53,948 bases of DNA from a virus (IMGVR_UViG_3300043408_000051:1-53948); one strand, 5' to 3'; counted from the first letter of the stretch, positions 43,912-53,387 are shown. The notes: generated by a model from the letters alone, not told the origin. Made by a program: numbers and translations.

Positions 43912-45237
43912 TTACTTTGCATCAATCGTTGTTGTATCGTGGAATCTATGTGCTGAAATAGTTACTATCGATAAAGTAGGAATCATATTTTCAGTAAATA
44001 GGATATGTTTAACGCTTACATTAATAATGCGTGCTAAGTATCTCAGTTTTCTACCTAGGTGCATTTCAATAGCCATACCATTTAACCAACCAACATCTGC
44101 TGTTTTTGTACCACGGAGGGGGCTTTTATACCCACCCATTTCACCATTTACCGCTTTAAACAGAAACTCTAAATCGTACATAGTTCCAAAGTCTTTAATT
44201 AACTTTCGGTCTTCTGCTTTTACAACTTCTGGGTAATACTGCAAAGACTTCTCATCAGAGTCAATTGGAGCAAAAGAACTATTAGAATTAACACTGTAGG
44301 TTGCTAGTGCGTTCATGTCTTCTATTCTATTCAAATAGAGTTGAAAACTAATAGTGCTACTTTGAGTTGGGGCAGTTATCATGTTTGCTTGGTCTTTTCC
44401 AGACATCATTAACTCTGGAGAAATACCTTGCAATGTTCCAATAGTTTGGTCAACAGATTGTGGATTGTAATGAAATCTAAAACCGTAAGGTATTTTAAAA
44501 CCACCAGTTATTGCTTTTTCTTTATCAGACTGTCGTGATAACGCAGCATCTATCGCCTTTTTATTAGGAACAATAAAGCCTCTATTAGTGTCGCCGTCAC
44601 CAAAAGTGCTTAAAGTAGCAAGCATTTTTGAAGCCAACATAGGTTCAACCGCTCTTGATACTAAGGCTCTATCAACAATTGAGTCGTTTCTAAAGTAAGC
44701 ACTTTTAACCATCGGAGCATTAAATCGTATAGTAGGAGCAGCAGCAGGAGGTTTAGGAGGTTGTTTTGTATTTTTATTACTGCTGTTGTTGCTTTTGTTA
44801 TTTTTAGCATCTTGAAGTGCTTTTTTAACTCTTAGTTCTTCGCGGTATGTTTCTGCATCAGTTTTTAATCCTTTTGCTTTTGTAGCATACTCATTCTGTA
44901 ATTTTTTAATGCTGTTATCAATTTTAGTAATAGTGTTATCAGCATCAATATAGTCTTTTTTAGCAATGGCTATCTGGTTTGCTGGAGCATTAGCCAATAC
45001 GAGAGAGTTATACACATCTTGAAGACGGCTACGTTCTTGTGAAATACGCTTTTTTAAAGCCTCTTGTGTTTCAATTTGTTGAGCAAGTCCCTTAAGAGTT
45101 TTTTGAGTTGCCTTTGCTGTTTCAGCCTTTTTTCGAGCCTCTTCTTCTTTTTTACGTTCATCTCTAGCAGCAGTAACTCCAGCAGCCAAAGTAGCCTCTT
45201 GGCGTGCTTTTGCACCTAATCCTTTTACGTCAGGCAT
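43912..45237 (-). CDS. baseplate/tail-tube initiator-like protein with N-terminal coiled coil
   Basis: FRFHYNP, ISFQLYLNR, GTMYDLEFL, FTENMIP; between the TMP and LysM genes. Confidence 0.55.
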   Translation of the reverse strand: MPDVKGLGAKARQEATLAAGVTAARDERKKEEEARKKAETAKATQKTLKGLAQQIETQEALKKRISQERSRLQDVYNSLVLANAPANQIAIAKKDYIDADNTITKIDNSIKKLQNEYATKAKGLKTDAETYREELRVKKALQDAKNNKSNNSSNKNTKQPPKPPAAAPTIRFNAPMVKSAYFRNDSIVDRALVSRAVEPMLASKMLATLSTFGDGDTNRGFIVPNKKAIDAALSRQSDKEKAITGGFKIPYGFRFHYNPQSVDQTIGTLQGISPELMMSGKDQANMITAPTQSSTISFQLYLNRIEDMNALATYSVNSNSSFAPIDSDEKSLQYYPEVVKAEDRKLIKDFGTMYDLEFLFKAVNGEMGGYKSPLRGTKTADVGWLNGMAIEMHLGRKLRYLARIINVSVKHILFTENMIPTLSIVTISAHRFHDTTTIDAK

Positions 45238-47957
45238 TATTTCTTACCTACTAACTTAAATAGATTTTCTTTTTCAAGTTGTGTTTTTACAATTTCAACA
45301 AGGTTCATAGCCTCTGCATACGATGCTTGTTGAACATTTACATTGATAGTTATAGAAGGTGCTAAGGTAACTCCCGTAGAAGATGAACCTAGTGTTGCTA
45401 CAGAAGGAGAACCACCACCTTGAAATTTGTATGGGTTTTGACCAGTTTTACCAGTCATCCATGCTGAGTTATTGATTGCAGATAAAATTTGCTCAGTAGA
45501 TTGGCCACTTCTAAGTGCATTAACAATGCCAGCATAACCACGTTCACTTGCATTTTTACCTGTTAAGGTTCCAACAGTTGCTGCATATCCATCTTCCCAA
45601 GACTTATAACTTTGGACTCCAACAGAATTCATGCTACTAGAGCCATTAAGAGAAAGTGTTGTATTTAGTGGATTGTAGTTTGCACTGTTTTTCCAGTGAC
45701 CACCTTCATGACGCATCCATGTTGTAAGAGCGTTGATAGCAGCATCATTAACAGGAGCACCTAATTTCGTAAGGAGACCTGCAGCCCATTCCTTTTCACT
45801 TCCAGTTCCAAGAATTACTCCAGAACCGCCACCACTAGTTTTTGCACCACTTGTGCCACCACTTAATGGATTTATTCCAGCACTTGCTGCTAACCCAAGC
45901 AATGAATCAGAACCGTATTGTTTTAAGTCATAATTCTGTGTTTGAATTCCAGAAACACCTGAACCAACACCAGCACCTAAAATGCTACCTAAACCAACTG
46001 CTCCTGCTTTTGTTAATTCTTCAGGATTTACTGGATTATTTTTTCCCTTACGTACTTCATAATGCAAATGAGGTCCAGTTACTTTTCCAGTATCACCGCT
46101 TTTTGCAATTAACTGTCCTCTGCTAACAACAGAACCTACAGAAACTAATACCTCAGACAAGTGACCGTACAAAGTTTGATAGCCGTTTCCATGGTCTATT
46201 TCAACAGTTTTTCCGTAGTCTGAACCAGGATTTGTGTTTATAACTATTCCATCTAACGATGCATGAACAGGAGTACCAACAGGACACGGATAATCTTGAC
46301 CTGTATGAGTTCCACCAGACCAAAGATTTCCTGATGCACCGTAAGGTGTTCCTACCCCACCGTTAGTAATTGGAGAAGCAGGGTTTGAACTCCCAGTACT
46401 ACTTCCACCAAAAGATGCTCCGTAACCTGGAGTACCACCACCAGAACCAAACCACCCAGCAATTCCACCAACACCAGCACCAATTACTGTTCCAACACCT
46501 GGAAAAATTGCTGTGCCAATTGCTGCTCCAATACCAGCAGCAGCAGCCGTAGAACCAGCACGAGTAACACTTTGGTTTACACCTAATTTATTACCTAGTG
46601 CTTTTCCACCCTTACCTGTTAAATACCCAGCAGCACCTGCTGCAAGAACGGTTCCACCTGCAGCAGCAGCACTAATACCTGCAGCACCTGCAGCAGCAGC
46701 AGTACCACCACCTGCTAAAGCCATACCGCCTTTTAGAACTGCACCCGCAGTCATAAGTCCAATAATTGTTTGAACACCTGCAAGGATTCCTCCTACTGCA
46801 ACACCAATTCCTTGTCCTGCACGTGACTCACCCATACCTCCCAAAAATCCAGAAACTCGTCCAGCAACACCAGCCATACTTTCTAATGCAGGATTAACAG
46901 TGTTTACAATTAAATCTGCTGCTGATTTAAAACCTGCTAATACAGGCTCTGTGTATGTATTTAAAACAGATGTATCGGAAGTAGTTATGCGTTGTTTATC
47001 TGCTAAAGGATTTTGCCCATACCCTAGTTTTGATAAATCTGTTGGCTTTCCTTGTGCCCTATCAACAGAATATTGCATAAATAACTGTCTTTGGTCTTCT
47101 GTCATACCTAAATCAGTTGCAGTTTTTCCAAAAATACCTGCTTGGAAACTTGTCATTGTTTCTTCTAGGGACATCTTGCCTTGTCCCTGAGTTAAGCGAC
47201 TGTAGATTTGACCAAATATTTCAGATTGGTTTCTAGCCTTACCAGTATTTGGGTCATAGGTGCTAATACCAATGTTGTACAACCTAGAAGAAAAATCTCC
47301 TTGGGTAAAACCAGACATAGCAACCATGGCATTTTCATTTGCCATATTCATGTAACGTGCAGCACCACCAACGTCTGCAACTAAAGCGTTGTATTGAGCA
47401 CTTCCTGGCATGATTCCACGTGCTGCAGCAATCGAAGCAATATTAGAAGGAGCAAGTGTGCTTGTTACACCACCTGCTAAACCACCAAAAGTTGCTTTAG
47501 TAATTCCTTGGTAACTCATATTAGAACGGATAGAGGCTCCGTAATAATTACCAGCACTTGCTCCAACTTCAGCAACTCCTGGAACTGCTGCCATTACTCC
47601 AGCAGCAATACCAAAGGTTGCTTGTGCAACACCTTGTGCAACTCCTAGTGCTTTGGCTCCACGAGTAGGTGTCAAACCATAGCGAGTAGCCTCCATACCT
47701 TCTCGCATAGCGATTTCGGCAGTGCTATCAACTCTTTCTTGTCCACCAAAAGTTGCTTTTTCCATGTGAGGCATCTGGCTACCTTGACCAGTACCAATAT
47801 GGCGGTCACCACCGCCCTTGGCGGATTTTGCTTTTCCAGCAACTCCGCCCATAGAACCTTCAAGGCGTTTGGTAATTTGCTCAGCAGAAGTCAGGCTTTT
47901 GACAATGCTGGATAATAATTCGTCGGTTTGTTTTAACGAATCATTTAATTCTGCCAC
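45237..47957 (-). CDS. tape measure protein with M23 peptidase and lysozyme-like domains
   Basis: Ala/Gly-rich helical body with hydrophobic segments; HTGQD...YGHL...GPHLHYEV (M23); WMRHEGG..NYNPLNTT. Confidence 0.85.
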   Translation of the reverse strand: MAELNDSLKQTDELLSSIVKSLTSAEQITKRLEGSMGGVAGKAKSAKGGGDRHIGTGQGSQMPHMEKATFGGQERVDSTAEIAMREGMEATRYGLTPTRGAKALGVAQGVAQATFGIAAGVMAAVPGVAEVGASAGNYYGASIRSNMSYQGITKATFGGLAGGVTSTLAPSNIASIAAARGIMPGSAQYNALVADVGGAARYMNMANENAMVAMSGFTQGDFSSRLYNIGISTYDPNTGKARNQSEIFGQIYSRLTQGQGKMSLEETMTSFQAGIFGKTATDLGMTEDQRQLFMQYSVDRAQGKPTDLSKLGYGQNPLADKQRITTSDTSVLNTYTEPVLAGFKSAADLIVNTVNPALESMAGVAGRVSGFLGGMGESRAGQGIGVAVGGILAGVQTIIGLMTAGAVLKGGMALAGGGTAAAAGAAGISAAAAGGTVLAAGAAGYLTGKGGKALGNKLGVNQSVTRAGSTAAAAGIGAAIGTAIFPGVGTVIGAGVGGIAGWFGSGGGTPGYGASFGGSSTGSSNPASPITNGGVGTPYGASGNLWSGGTHTGQDYPCPVGTPVHASLDGIVINTNPGSDYGKTVEIDHGNGYQTLYGHLSEVLVSVGSVVSRGQLIAKSGDTGKVTGPHLHYEVRKGKNNPVNPEELTKAGAVGLGSILGAGVGSGVSGIQTQNYDLKQYGSDSLLGLAASAGINPLSGGTSGAKTSGGGSGVILGTGSEKEWAAGLLTKLGAPVNDAAINALTTWMRHEGGHWKNSANYNPLNTTLSLNGSSSMNSVGVQSYKSWEDGYAATVGTLTGKNASERGYAGIVNALRSGQSTEQILSAINNSAWMTGKTGQNPYKFQGGGSPSVATLGSSSTGVTLAPSITINVNVQQASYAEAMNLVEIVKTQLEKENLFKLVGKK

Positions 47958-47966
47958 GTCAACTCC

Positions 47967-48110
47967 TTAGTAACCTTCTTTAGCAAGTGCTAACCAATTT
48001 TTTCTTTCTCTGACTGAAAGTTCTTTTATCTCAGTGAGAGTCCAACCCTGATGCCTTTCCGACAATGCTAACCATTCAGCCATCAATGTCGGATAATGAG
48101 ATACCTTAAA
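47967..48110 (-). CDS. tail assembly chaperone C-terminal extension (frameshift product, or 38-aa ORF from ATG 48083)
   Basis: FKVSHYPTLMAEWLALSERHQGWTLTEIKELSVRERKNW...; in the +1 frame relative to the upstream chaperone. Confidence 0.6.
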   Translation of the reverse strand, partial: FKVSHYPTLMAEWLALSERHQGWTLTEIKELSVRERKNWLALAKEGY

Positions 48111-48912
48111 AGCGAAACAAAATCCCTAAATTAATAGGAGTTTTTACCTCACCTTCGCAGTCAGGACAAGGCACTGAAATATCTTCAAATACTGGTCCAA
48201 TTGCGTTTTTATTGATTGCTTCACCAATTAAGCGTCTATCACTAATGCCTAAGTTTTGAATCTGTGCTTTACTGATAACAGGTCTTCCGTTAATCTTAAG
48301 GATGCAGTTTTCAAGAAGAATAGTTGTTAATTCTGACATCGTTTTGTCAGAGTTATTAACCAACTCTTTTTGACAATAACCTGTTGGGAGTGTGGCTACT
48401 ACTTCTCCACACTTTGCATTGATAACAAAAGTAGGTTCATCTACTAGAGTTTTTACTTTAATGTCTTCATTAATATCCACTGTAACTGGCTTAAAAGCAT
48501 TGCACCCGCCACAAAAACCTTGCAGTTCTGGTGTACTACCAAAAGTTGCTTTATAAATTCCAAGCATGATGGCATCTCTGTCTCCAGCCAACATAGCGTC
48601 TAAAGCATCTTCGGTAGCAGGTTCTTTACCAATTTTTACAGTGCCACGACTTATAACTTGCAGGAGAGCCTTTCCAAGATTTTGTGCTCTTGCAATTGCT
48701 TCCTCATCTTTTCCAGTCAATTCACGTACCTCAACTGTTGTCACACTCTCCCCAGCAGCATTTATAAATCCGCCAGGGAGAGTTACGTGAACATCAGTAG
48801 GGGGTGTAACTACAACTGTTTGTTTTTCTTTTTCAGGTTCAGCCATCGCTTGTGAAACCAACTGGTTAACAAGGTCTGGATTTTCAGATGCTTTTACGGT
48901 TTGAGTAGTCAT
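48106..48912 (-). CDS. tail assembly chaperone / gp26-like baseplate hub assembly protein
   Basis: VTLPGG, VRELTGKDEE, GDRDAI..IYKATFG, CGGC, CPDC; between tube and TMP. Confidence 0.7.
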   Translation of the reverse strand: MTTQTVKASENPDLVNQLVSQAMAEPEKEKQTVVVTPPTDVHVTLPGGFINAAGESVTTVEVRELTGKDEEAIARAQNLGKALLQVISRGTVKIGKEPATEDALDAMLAGDRDAIMLGIYKATFGSTPELQGFCGGCNAFKPVTVDINEDIKVKTLVDEPTFVINAKCGEVVATLPTGYCQKELVNNSDKTMSELTTILLENCILKINGRPVISKAQIQNLGISDRRLIGEAINKNAIGPVFEDISVPCPDCEGEVKTPINLGILFRF

Positions 48913-48935
48913 GTTATTTTCCTTTAGTTAGTTAG

Positions 48936-49556
48936 TTACGCTTTTGCTGGTGGTGTATCTACAGGACCAGCAGAGACAAACTTCTTGTTAGAATCGAAAG
49001 AAGAGAATGAGGTATCAAATCCTTCGTGTACTAGAGTCATTTGCTCAACAAGAAGAGAGTTATCGCCAGCGTTAAGGTCTGAGTAAGCAAGTGCTGTAGG
49101 CCAGCAGTTGTAGAACTTAAAGCGCATTGCGACATCTTCTGTTGTTGCGTTTGTCTCCATTGTTGAGATTGGGTGTGGTAGAACAGAAATCTCAATATCG
49201 CAACGGAAGTTTTGATTGATAGTTCTGTTTCCACCATTTTGAACTGTGTAGAACATGTTCTTCATCCAGTTCCAGCCCTGCTTATTTCCAATAAGTACGC
49301 CTCTTTGTAGAGTAACTGGCTGGAAAGAAGTTTGACCAGGAATCTGGTGAACAGTTGTATTGTAGCCACCTTCACGATAAGGAATAGAGTCTGTGGTTAC
49401 CGCCATTCCTGAAACTGAAGTAAAGCCCATAGTTGCTGTTGTTAAATCAGAAATGTTAGTGTCATTTGAGTTCAATGGGTAAAAATTGACCAAAAACCTA
49501 AAGTTTCTGATTGGGTCAGTCGCAAGACTGGACCTGTTTTTATCTACGAATGCCAT
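48936..49556 (-). CDS. tail tube protein (T4 gp19-like)
   Basis: DPIRNFRF, GFTSVSG, YREGG, PVTLQRG, NCWP...SDLNA...EQMTLVHEG. Confidence 0.9.
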   Translation of the reverse strand: MAFVDKNRSSLATDPIRNFRFLVNFYPLNSNDTNISDLTTATMGFTSVSGMAVTTDSIPYREGGYNTTVHQIPGQTSFQPVTLQRGVLIGNKQGWNWMKNMFYTVQNGGNRTINQNFRCDIEISVLPHPISTMETNATTEDVAMRFKFYNCWPTALAYSDLNAGDNSLLVEQMTLVHEGFDTSFSSFDSNKKFVSAGPVDTPPAKA

Positions 49557-49576
49557 TTTTATCTAGGCTCCTTTTC

Positions 49577-51100
49577 TTAGTTTAAGGTCTTCTGGCTAAG
49601 GTTAATAACCACGAATTCCGCAGGGTACTGCAAAGCCACACCAACTTCGATGCGAACTTCGCCACTAGCGATAGAGGCTGCAGTATTGTTTTCAGAATCG
49701 CACTTGATGAAGTACGCCTCTGCTGGAGAATTTCCACGTAATCCTCCTTGATTGCGGTATTCGTTTAAGAAGGTGTTGATGGTCGTATTAATACGACCCC
49801 ACAACTGCTCATTATTATTTTCGAACAACGCAAACTCTGTTAGGTTTTGCAAACTCTTACGAATGTAAATAAGCGAACGACGCATATTTACATACTTGTT
49901 TGCTGTTCCATCTTGTAGCAGTGTACGTGCACCCATAACTGAGATACCAGCACCTGGAATTTGACGGATAGGGTTAATTGGATATTTACTTGAGTTAAGG
50001 CTATCCAACTCAGTAGTAGTAAATGTCTTTTCTGTAGAAACTACTCCAACAAGGTTTGCTGTTAAACCAGCAGGTGCCTTAAATGGACCAACAGTTGCAT
50101 CTGTTCTTAAGAACAAACCAGCAACTGCACCTGCAGGACCAACTTTACGTGTAGCACCAGTTGCTACGCCAAGAGGGTCAGAAACAAATACGTGAGGATA
50201 GTAAACAGCAGCAAAACTTCTACCAGCACCAAGTGAATCTGCGGTGCTAAGTGCTTGTGCAACTGTGCGGTCTTTTTGAGTCTCTCCTACATAGAAGTTT
50301 TTCTGTGAACGTTCGCAAGCAGAAGCAACGTCAAGTTGAATCTGTGTTGCTTGATTTGCATTTAACAAATCGTATAGTCCAGGCAAAAATACAACTAGAG
50401 GACGGTCAATTGTTTCAATTGCTGCTACTACTCCGTCTGTTGAACTTGAGTAGTCAGTGTCAATAACAGCGTTTCCATTGCTACCTCCAGTAAATGGTAC
50501 AACAGAGGTTGATGGTAGGTTTGTGTTGTCACTAACAGTACATGTAAACAATTGAGAAACTGAGTTAATTACAGTTGGTGCATAACTATTCGAAAGAGGT
50601 TCATCAGTATAAACATTCTCATACTGCTCGACTAGAACGTCATCTAGAATGCTAGAAGATGTTCCAGGGATGCCTTCTTTATAGATAGCAATATTGAGGG
50701 AGTTTCCTACAGCAGTTCCGCTTTGAATTTGAACACGGTAGTTATTTCCATCAGTGCCTTTGTTTTTAGCAGTCAAAGTCAAAACGGTTCCAGCACCAGA
50801 TGAGCGAGGAACTACGCCTGTTGCAGCAACTGCACCTTGACCGATAATTCTTTTAACATAAAGTTCTCTTCCCCCGTTTTGGAAAAAGAGAGAAACAGCA
50901 AATGTTGCTGGGAATAATGAGTTATACCCACCAAACTGCTTTGTAAATTCGTACCATGAGTTAACCAAGGTCAACGTTGTTGGTCCTTGGGCAAATGGTG
51001 CAGCGACCATACCAGCAGCCTGTGCTGTTATGGAGTTAGTAATTGGAGCAGGGAGCAGGACTTCACTAATGTAAATTCCTGGTCTTTTATACACTGCCAT
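49577..51100 (-). CDS. contractile tail sheath protein
   Basis: RPGIYISE, FFQNGG, FKAPAG, GARTL, YVNMRR, FENN, PAEFVVI. Confidence 0.93.
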   Translation of the reverse strand: MAVYKRPGIYISEVLLPAPITNSITAQAAGMVAAPFAQGPTTLTLVNSWYEFTKQFGGYNSLFPATFAVSLFFQNGGRELYVKRIIGQGAVAATGVVPRSSGAGTVLTLTAKNKGTDGNNYRVQIQSGTAVGNSLNIAIYKEGIPGTSSSILDDVLVEQYENVYTDEPLSNSYAPTVINSVSQLFTCTVSDNTNLPSTSVVPFTGGSNGNAVIDTDYSSSTDGVVAAIETIDRPLVVFLPGLYDLLNANQATQIQLDVASACERSQKNFYVGETQKDRTVAQALSTADSLGAGRSFAAVYYPHVFVSDPLGVATGATRKVGPAGAVAGLFLRTDATVGPFKAPAGLTANLVGVVSTEKTFTTTELDSLNSSKYPINPIRQIPGAGISVMGARTLLQDGTANKYVNMRRSLIYIRKSLQNLTEFALFENNNEQLWGRINTTINTFLNEYRNQGGLRGNSPAEAYFIKCDSENNTAASIASGEVRIEVGVALQYPAEFVVINLSQKTLN

Positions 51101-51136
51101 GATTTCTCCTATCTAGGTTGTTGGTAGAGGGTCCGA

Positions 51137-51784
51137 TTATGAGCGAGATGTTTGTTCGTAGTTGACTCCGATGATTCTCTGCCTTGGAGCAGGAGCGGAA
51201 CCAATGACTTTAACTTTTTGTACCTTGTAGAACTCTTCGTACATATCCTGAGCAATTTCACTTGAAATACGCACAGTAATTGCATTTACAAACAGGCGTT
51301 TAGCCTGTTCTACAACGTCTCGTTTTGAGACATCGAGAACATCAAGACGACGGACGGTATCGTCATTACCGATTAAAGTTGCGTTACGAAACTTTAACCT
51401 TGAGTAAAGCAACTCACTAAGAATCGCTCTATCATGTCGAGGGTGGCGTGAATAAGTTGTTACTTGGTAGTCGATATTGACTGGAATTGGGTAATCAATC
51501 TGCCAAGATTTATTAGTAGGGAAATTGGCAGGCTGTAAATATGGAGCAGTAGTTTTGTCTACTTTTCCTCTATGTGAGCGTGCACGGTCTTCTATAATGT
51601 CAATTAAATCAATAGTAATAAATGGGTATGTCTGGTCTCTAAGTTCTACGTCAGGTTGACCAAACCACACCTGTACAGGACGACCAATTTGTTCATTGTC
51701 TGCTCTTTGGTCATGTACAAGAATTCCTTTGAGGTGTTCTTTTAACATGTTGTCTTCTTCTAGAAATAGAGGACCTAATGTCAT
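51137..51784 (-). CDS. tail terminator/completion protein
   Basis: VWFGQPD...YPFITIDL, PIPVNIDYQVTTYSR; upstream of the sheath gene. Confidence 0.6.
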   Translation of the reverse strand: MTLGPLFLEEDNMLKEHLKGILVHDQRADNEQIGRPVQVWFGQPDVELRDQTYPFITIDLIDIIEDRARSHRGKVDKTTAPYLQPANFPTNKSWQIDYPIPVNIDYQVTTYSRHPRHDRAILSELLYSRLKFRNATLIGNDDTVRRLDVLDVSKRDVVEQAKRLFVNAITVRISSEIAQDMYEEFYKVQKVKVIGSAPAPRQRIIGVNYEQTSRS

Positions 51785-52101
51785 AGCACACCTCTTAAAG
51801 AAACTTGAACGCTTTTTAAAAGAAACTTCTCTGCTTCTTCTGGGCGATTAGAGAAACGTCTAATAGCCCCAGTAGGTTGACGGTTAGGGGTTCCGTACTC
51901 CCAGTTATTTGCCAATGACTTATACTTTGCAGGGATATTGATACTAAAATGGTTATTAGAATACGAGACTTTAATAGCGTCAACAATATCGGGATTCCAA
52001 CCGCTTGCTCGTGTCTCATTACGCAACTCAAGCGTCATAAATTGAGCGGTTTGACGTGCTGCTTTTAAAAAGGCTGGTTTAAGTTTAGTTATTTGTCTCA
52101 C
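51781..52101 (-). CDS. neck/tail completion protein
   Basis: EYGTP..QP...IR motif; start uncertain (GTG 52101). Confidence 0.55.
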   Translation of the reverse strand: MRQITKLKPAFLKAARQTAQFMTLELRNETRASGWNPDIVDAIKVSYSNNHFSINIPAKYKSLANNWEYGTPNRQPTGAIRRFSNRPEEAEKFLLKSVQVSLRGVL

Positions 52102-52273
52102 GGCGTGACTTCTTTGAGTTGAAAAGTAGTTTAGTTCCGACATACCCAGCCAAAAGACCAATTACAAAATTATGCTGATTATGTGGTTTAAAACCGTACA
52201 TACCTTTTACGAACTCATCACGCTCACTAGCAGATTGCATATTAGCAACCTGTTCGTACCATGGAGTAGACAT
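52085..52273 (-). CDS. small hypothetical protein
   Basis: AAGGAG RBS, hydrophobic C-terminal segment. Confidence 0.55.
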   Translation of the reverse strand: MSTPWYEQVANMQSASERDEFVKGMYGFKPHNQHNFVIGLLAGYVGTKLLFNSKKSRRETNN

Positions 52274-52344
52274 AGAAATCTCCTTAAAGCAGCAGTTAAA
52301 TCAGCAAGTAAAGCAACAAGACCCGCACGGTTCTTATTAAGACA

Positions 52345-52380
52345 AGGATAAAGAAAAAGCCCCCAGTCGGGGGCTTAAAC
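52345..52380 (-). promoter_or_regulatory. putative promoter GTTTAA-N24-TATCCT
   Basis: At the head of the neck-tail operon; same spacing as the other sites. Confidence 0.55.
52357..52376 (-). terminator. intrinsic terminator
   Basis: AAGCCCCC-loop-GGGGGCTT followed by TTTCTTT on the minus strand. Confidence 0.75.
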
Positions 52381-52397
52381 TTTAACTCTTTTACAGA

Positions 52398-52559
52398 TTA
52401 CATACCCTTTTTACGAGGTAATTGCTTTTGGTTCTTTCCTTTTACTCCAGAACCATTTTTCATTGCTTTTAATGCTTGAAAATCTTTGCCTTCAATCTTT
52501 TTAGGATTCCCAGCAACTTGAGCGATTTTCTTTTGCTTAGGGGATAGTTCTTTAGCCAT
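52398..52559 (-). CDS. small basic protein (53 aa, not in ORF track)
   Basis: MAKELSPKQKKIAQVAGNPKKIEGKDFQALK...RKKGM*. Confidence 0.6.
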   Translation of the reverse strand: MAKELSPKQKKIAQVAGNPKKIEGKDFQALKAMKNGSGVKGKNQKQLPRKKGM

Positions 52560-52563
52560 TGGA

Positions 52564-52695
52564 TTACTTCTTCTTGCTATCTTTGGCTTTGCCTTTTAGC
52601 ATGGAGGCTTTCTTCTTATCATCCATGGCAGAACCCTTACCCTTGCCGTAACCAGCCTGTCCTTTTTTCTTACCGCATCCGCATACAGCACACAT
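52564..52695 (-). CDS. small basic protein with N-terminal CxxCGC (43 aa, not in ORF track)
   Basis: MCAVCGCGKKKGQAGYGKGK...KKK*. Confidence 0.55.
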   Translation of the reverse strand: MCAVCGCGKKKGQAGYGKGKGSAMDDKKKASMLKGKAKDSKKK

Positions 52696-52699
52696 TGCA

Positions 52700-52978
52700 T
52701 TACTCGCTTTCTAATGTAGTAGCAAACCGAAGAAGGTCTTCGGAAGCAATTTTAACAAAAGGTAAAACGGAGTCAAGAGCATCTAACTCAGACTTTAAGT
52801 TTCCTAAAGAAGCAATGGTTTGTTCTTTAGAAAGAGCGTTCTCTGTTACCTGGTCTTTTAAAATCGTAATTTTTGCAGCAATAGGACGCACTGCTGCTAG
52901 TGCTGAGGCATTGTGCTCATTTTCTGGAAAGTCAACTAGCCCCTTTACCAAAAAGTCTAACTCGCTTGCTAAGTTCAT
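52700..52978 (-). CDS. hypothetical helical protein
   Basis: 92 aa, ATGA coupling. Confidence 0.6.
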   Translation of the reverse strand: MNLASELDFLVKGLVDFPENEHNASALAAVRPIAAKITILKDQVTENALSKEQTIASLGNLKSELDALDSVLPFVKIASEDLLRFATTLESE

Positions 52979-53121
52979 TTCTTACCTTTCTTAGGTGCTG
53001 CTACTTTCTTTTTTCCTGAACCTTCAGGAACACAGTTTGGCACCTTTTTGCCGTTTTTGGTCTTCATACCTACTTGAACATACCCTTTCCAACAAGGGTC
53101 TGCAGCAACTTTGGTCGCCAT
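52975..53121 (-). CDS. small protein with CWKGY...VPNCVP motif (48 aa, not in ORF track)
   Basis: MATKVAADPCWKGYVQVGMKTKNGKKVPNCVPEG...KKGKK*; AGGAG RBS. Confidence 0.65.
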   Translation of the reverse strand: MATKVAADPCWKGYVQVGMKTKNGKKVPNCVPEGSGKKKVAAPKKGKK

Positions 53122-53387
53122 TATTTACTCCTAGCCTTATGAGGGTTTTTCTTGTGCCAATCTTTAACGCCTTTTACTCCCTGTGAAACTGTCTTTATTG
53201 AGCCTTGGCTTTGTTTGGTTAAGTTAATCTTATCGTATTTACCCTGTTTAGAGTTTGTGTGCTCAACCACGACATCGCCCTTTTTATTTTTTGAGACTTT
53301 GTGTGCAATGTGAGCCTTACGACCAGGAACACCAACAGCAATAGTTACTGGTTTTTCTGGTTTAACAGGTTTCTTTTTTTCCGCCAT
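53121..53387 (-). CDS. basic hypothetical protein
   Basis: 88 aa, Lys-rich. Confidence 0.6.
   Translation of the reverse strand: MAEKKKPVKPEKPVTIAVGVPGRKAHIAHKVSKNKKGDVVVEHTNSKQGKYDKINLTKQSQGSIKTVSQGVKGVKDWHKKNPHKARSK

Noticed and set aside
46540-46720. GCA/GCAGCA-rich repetitive tract
   Set aside because: Explained by Ala/Gly codons in the tape measure hydrophobic segment
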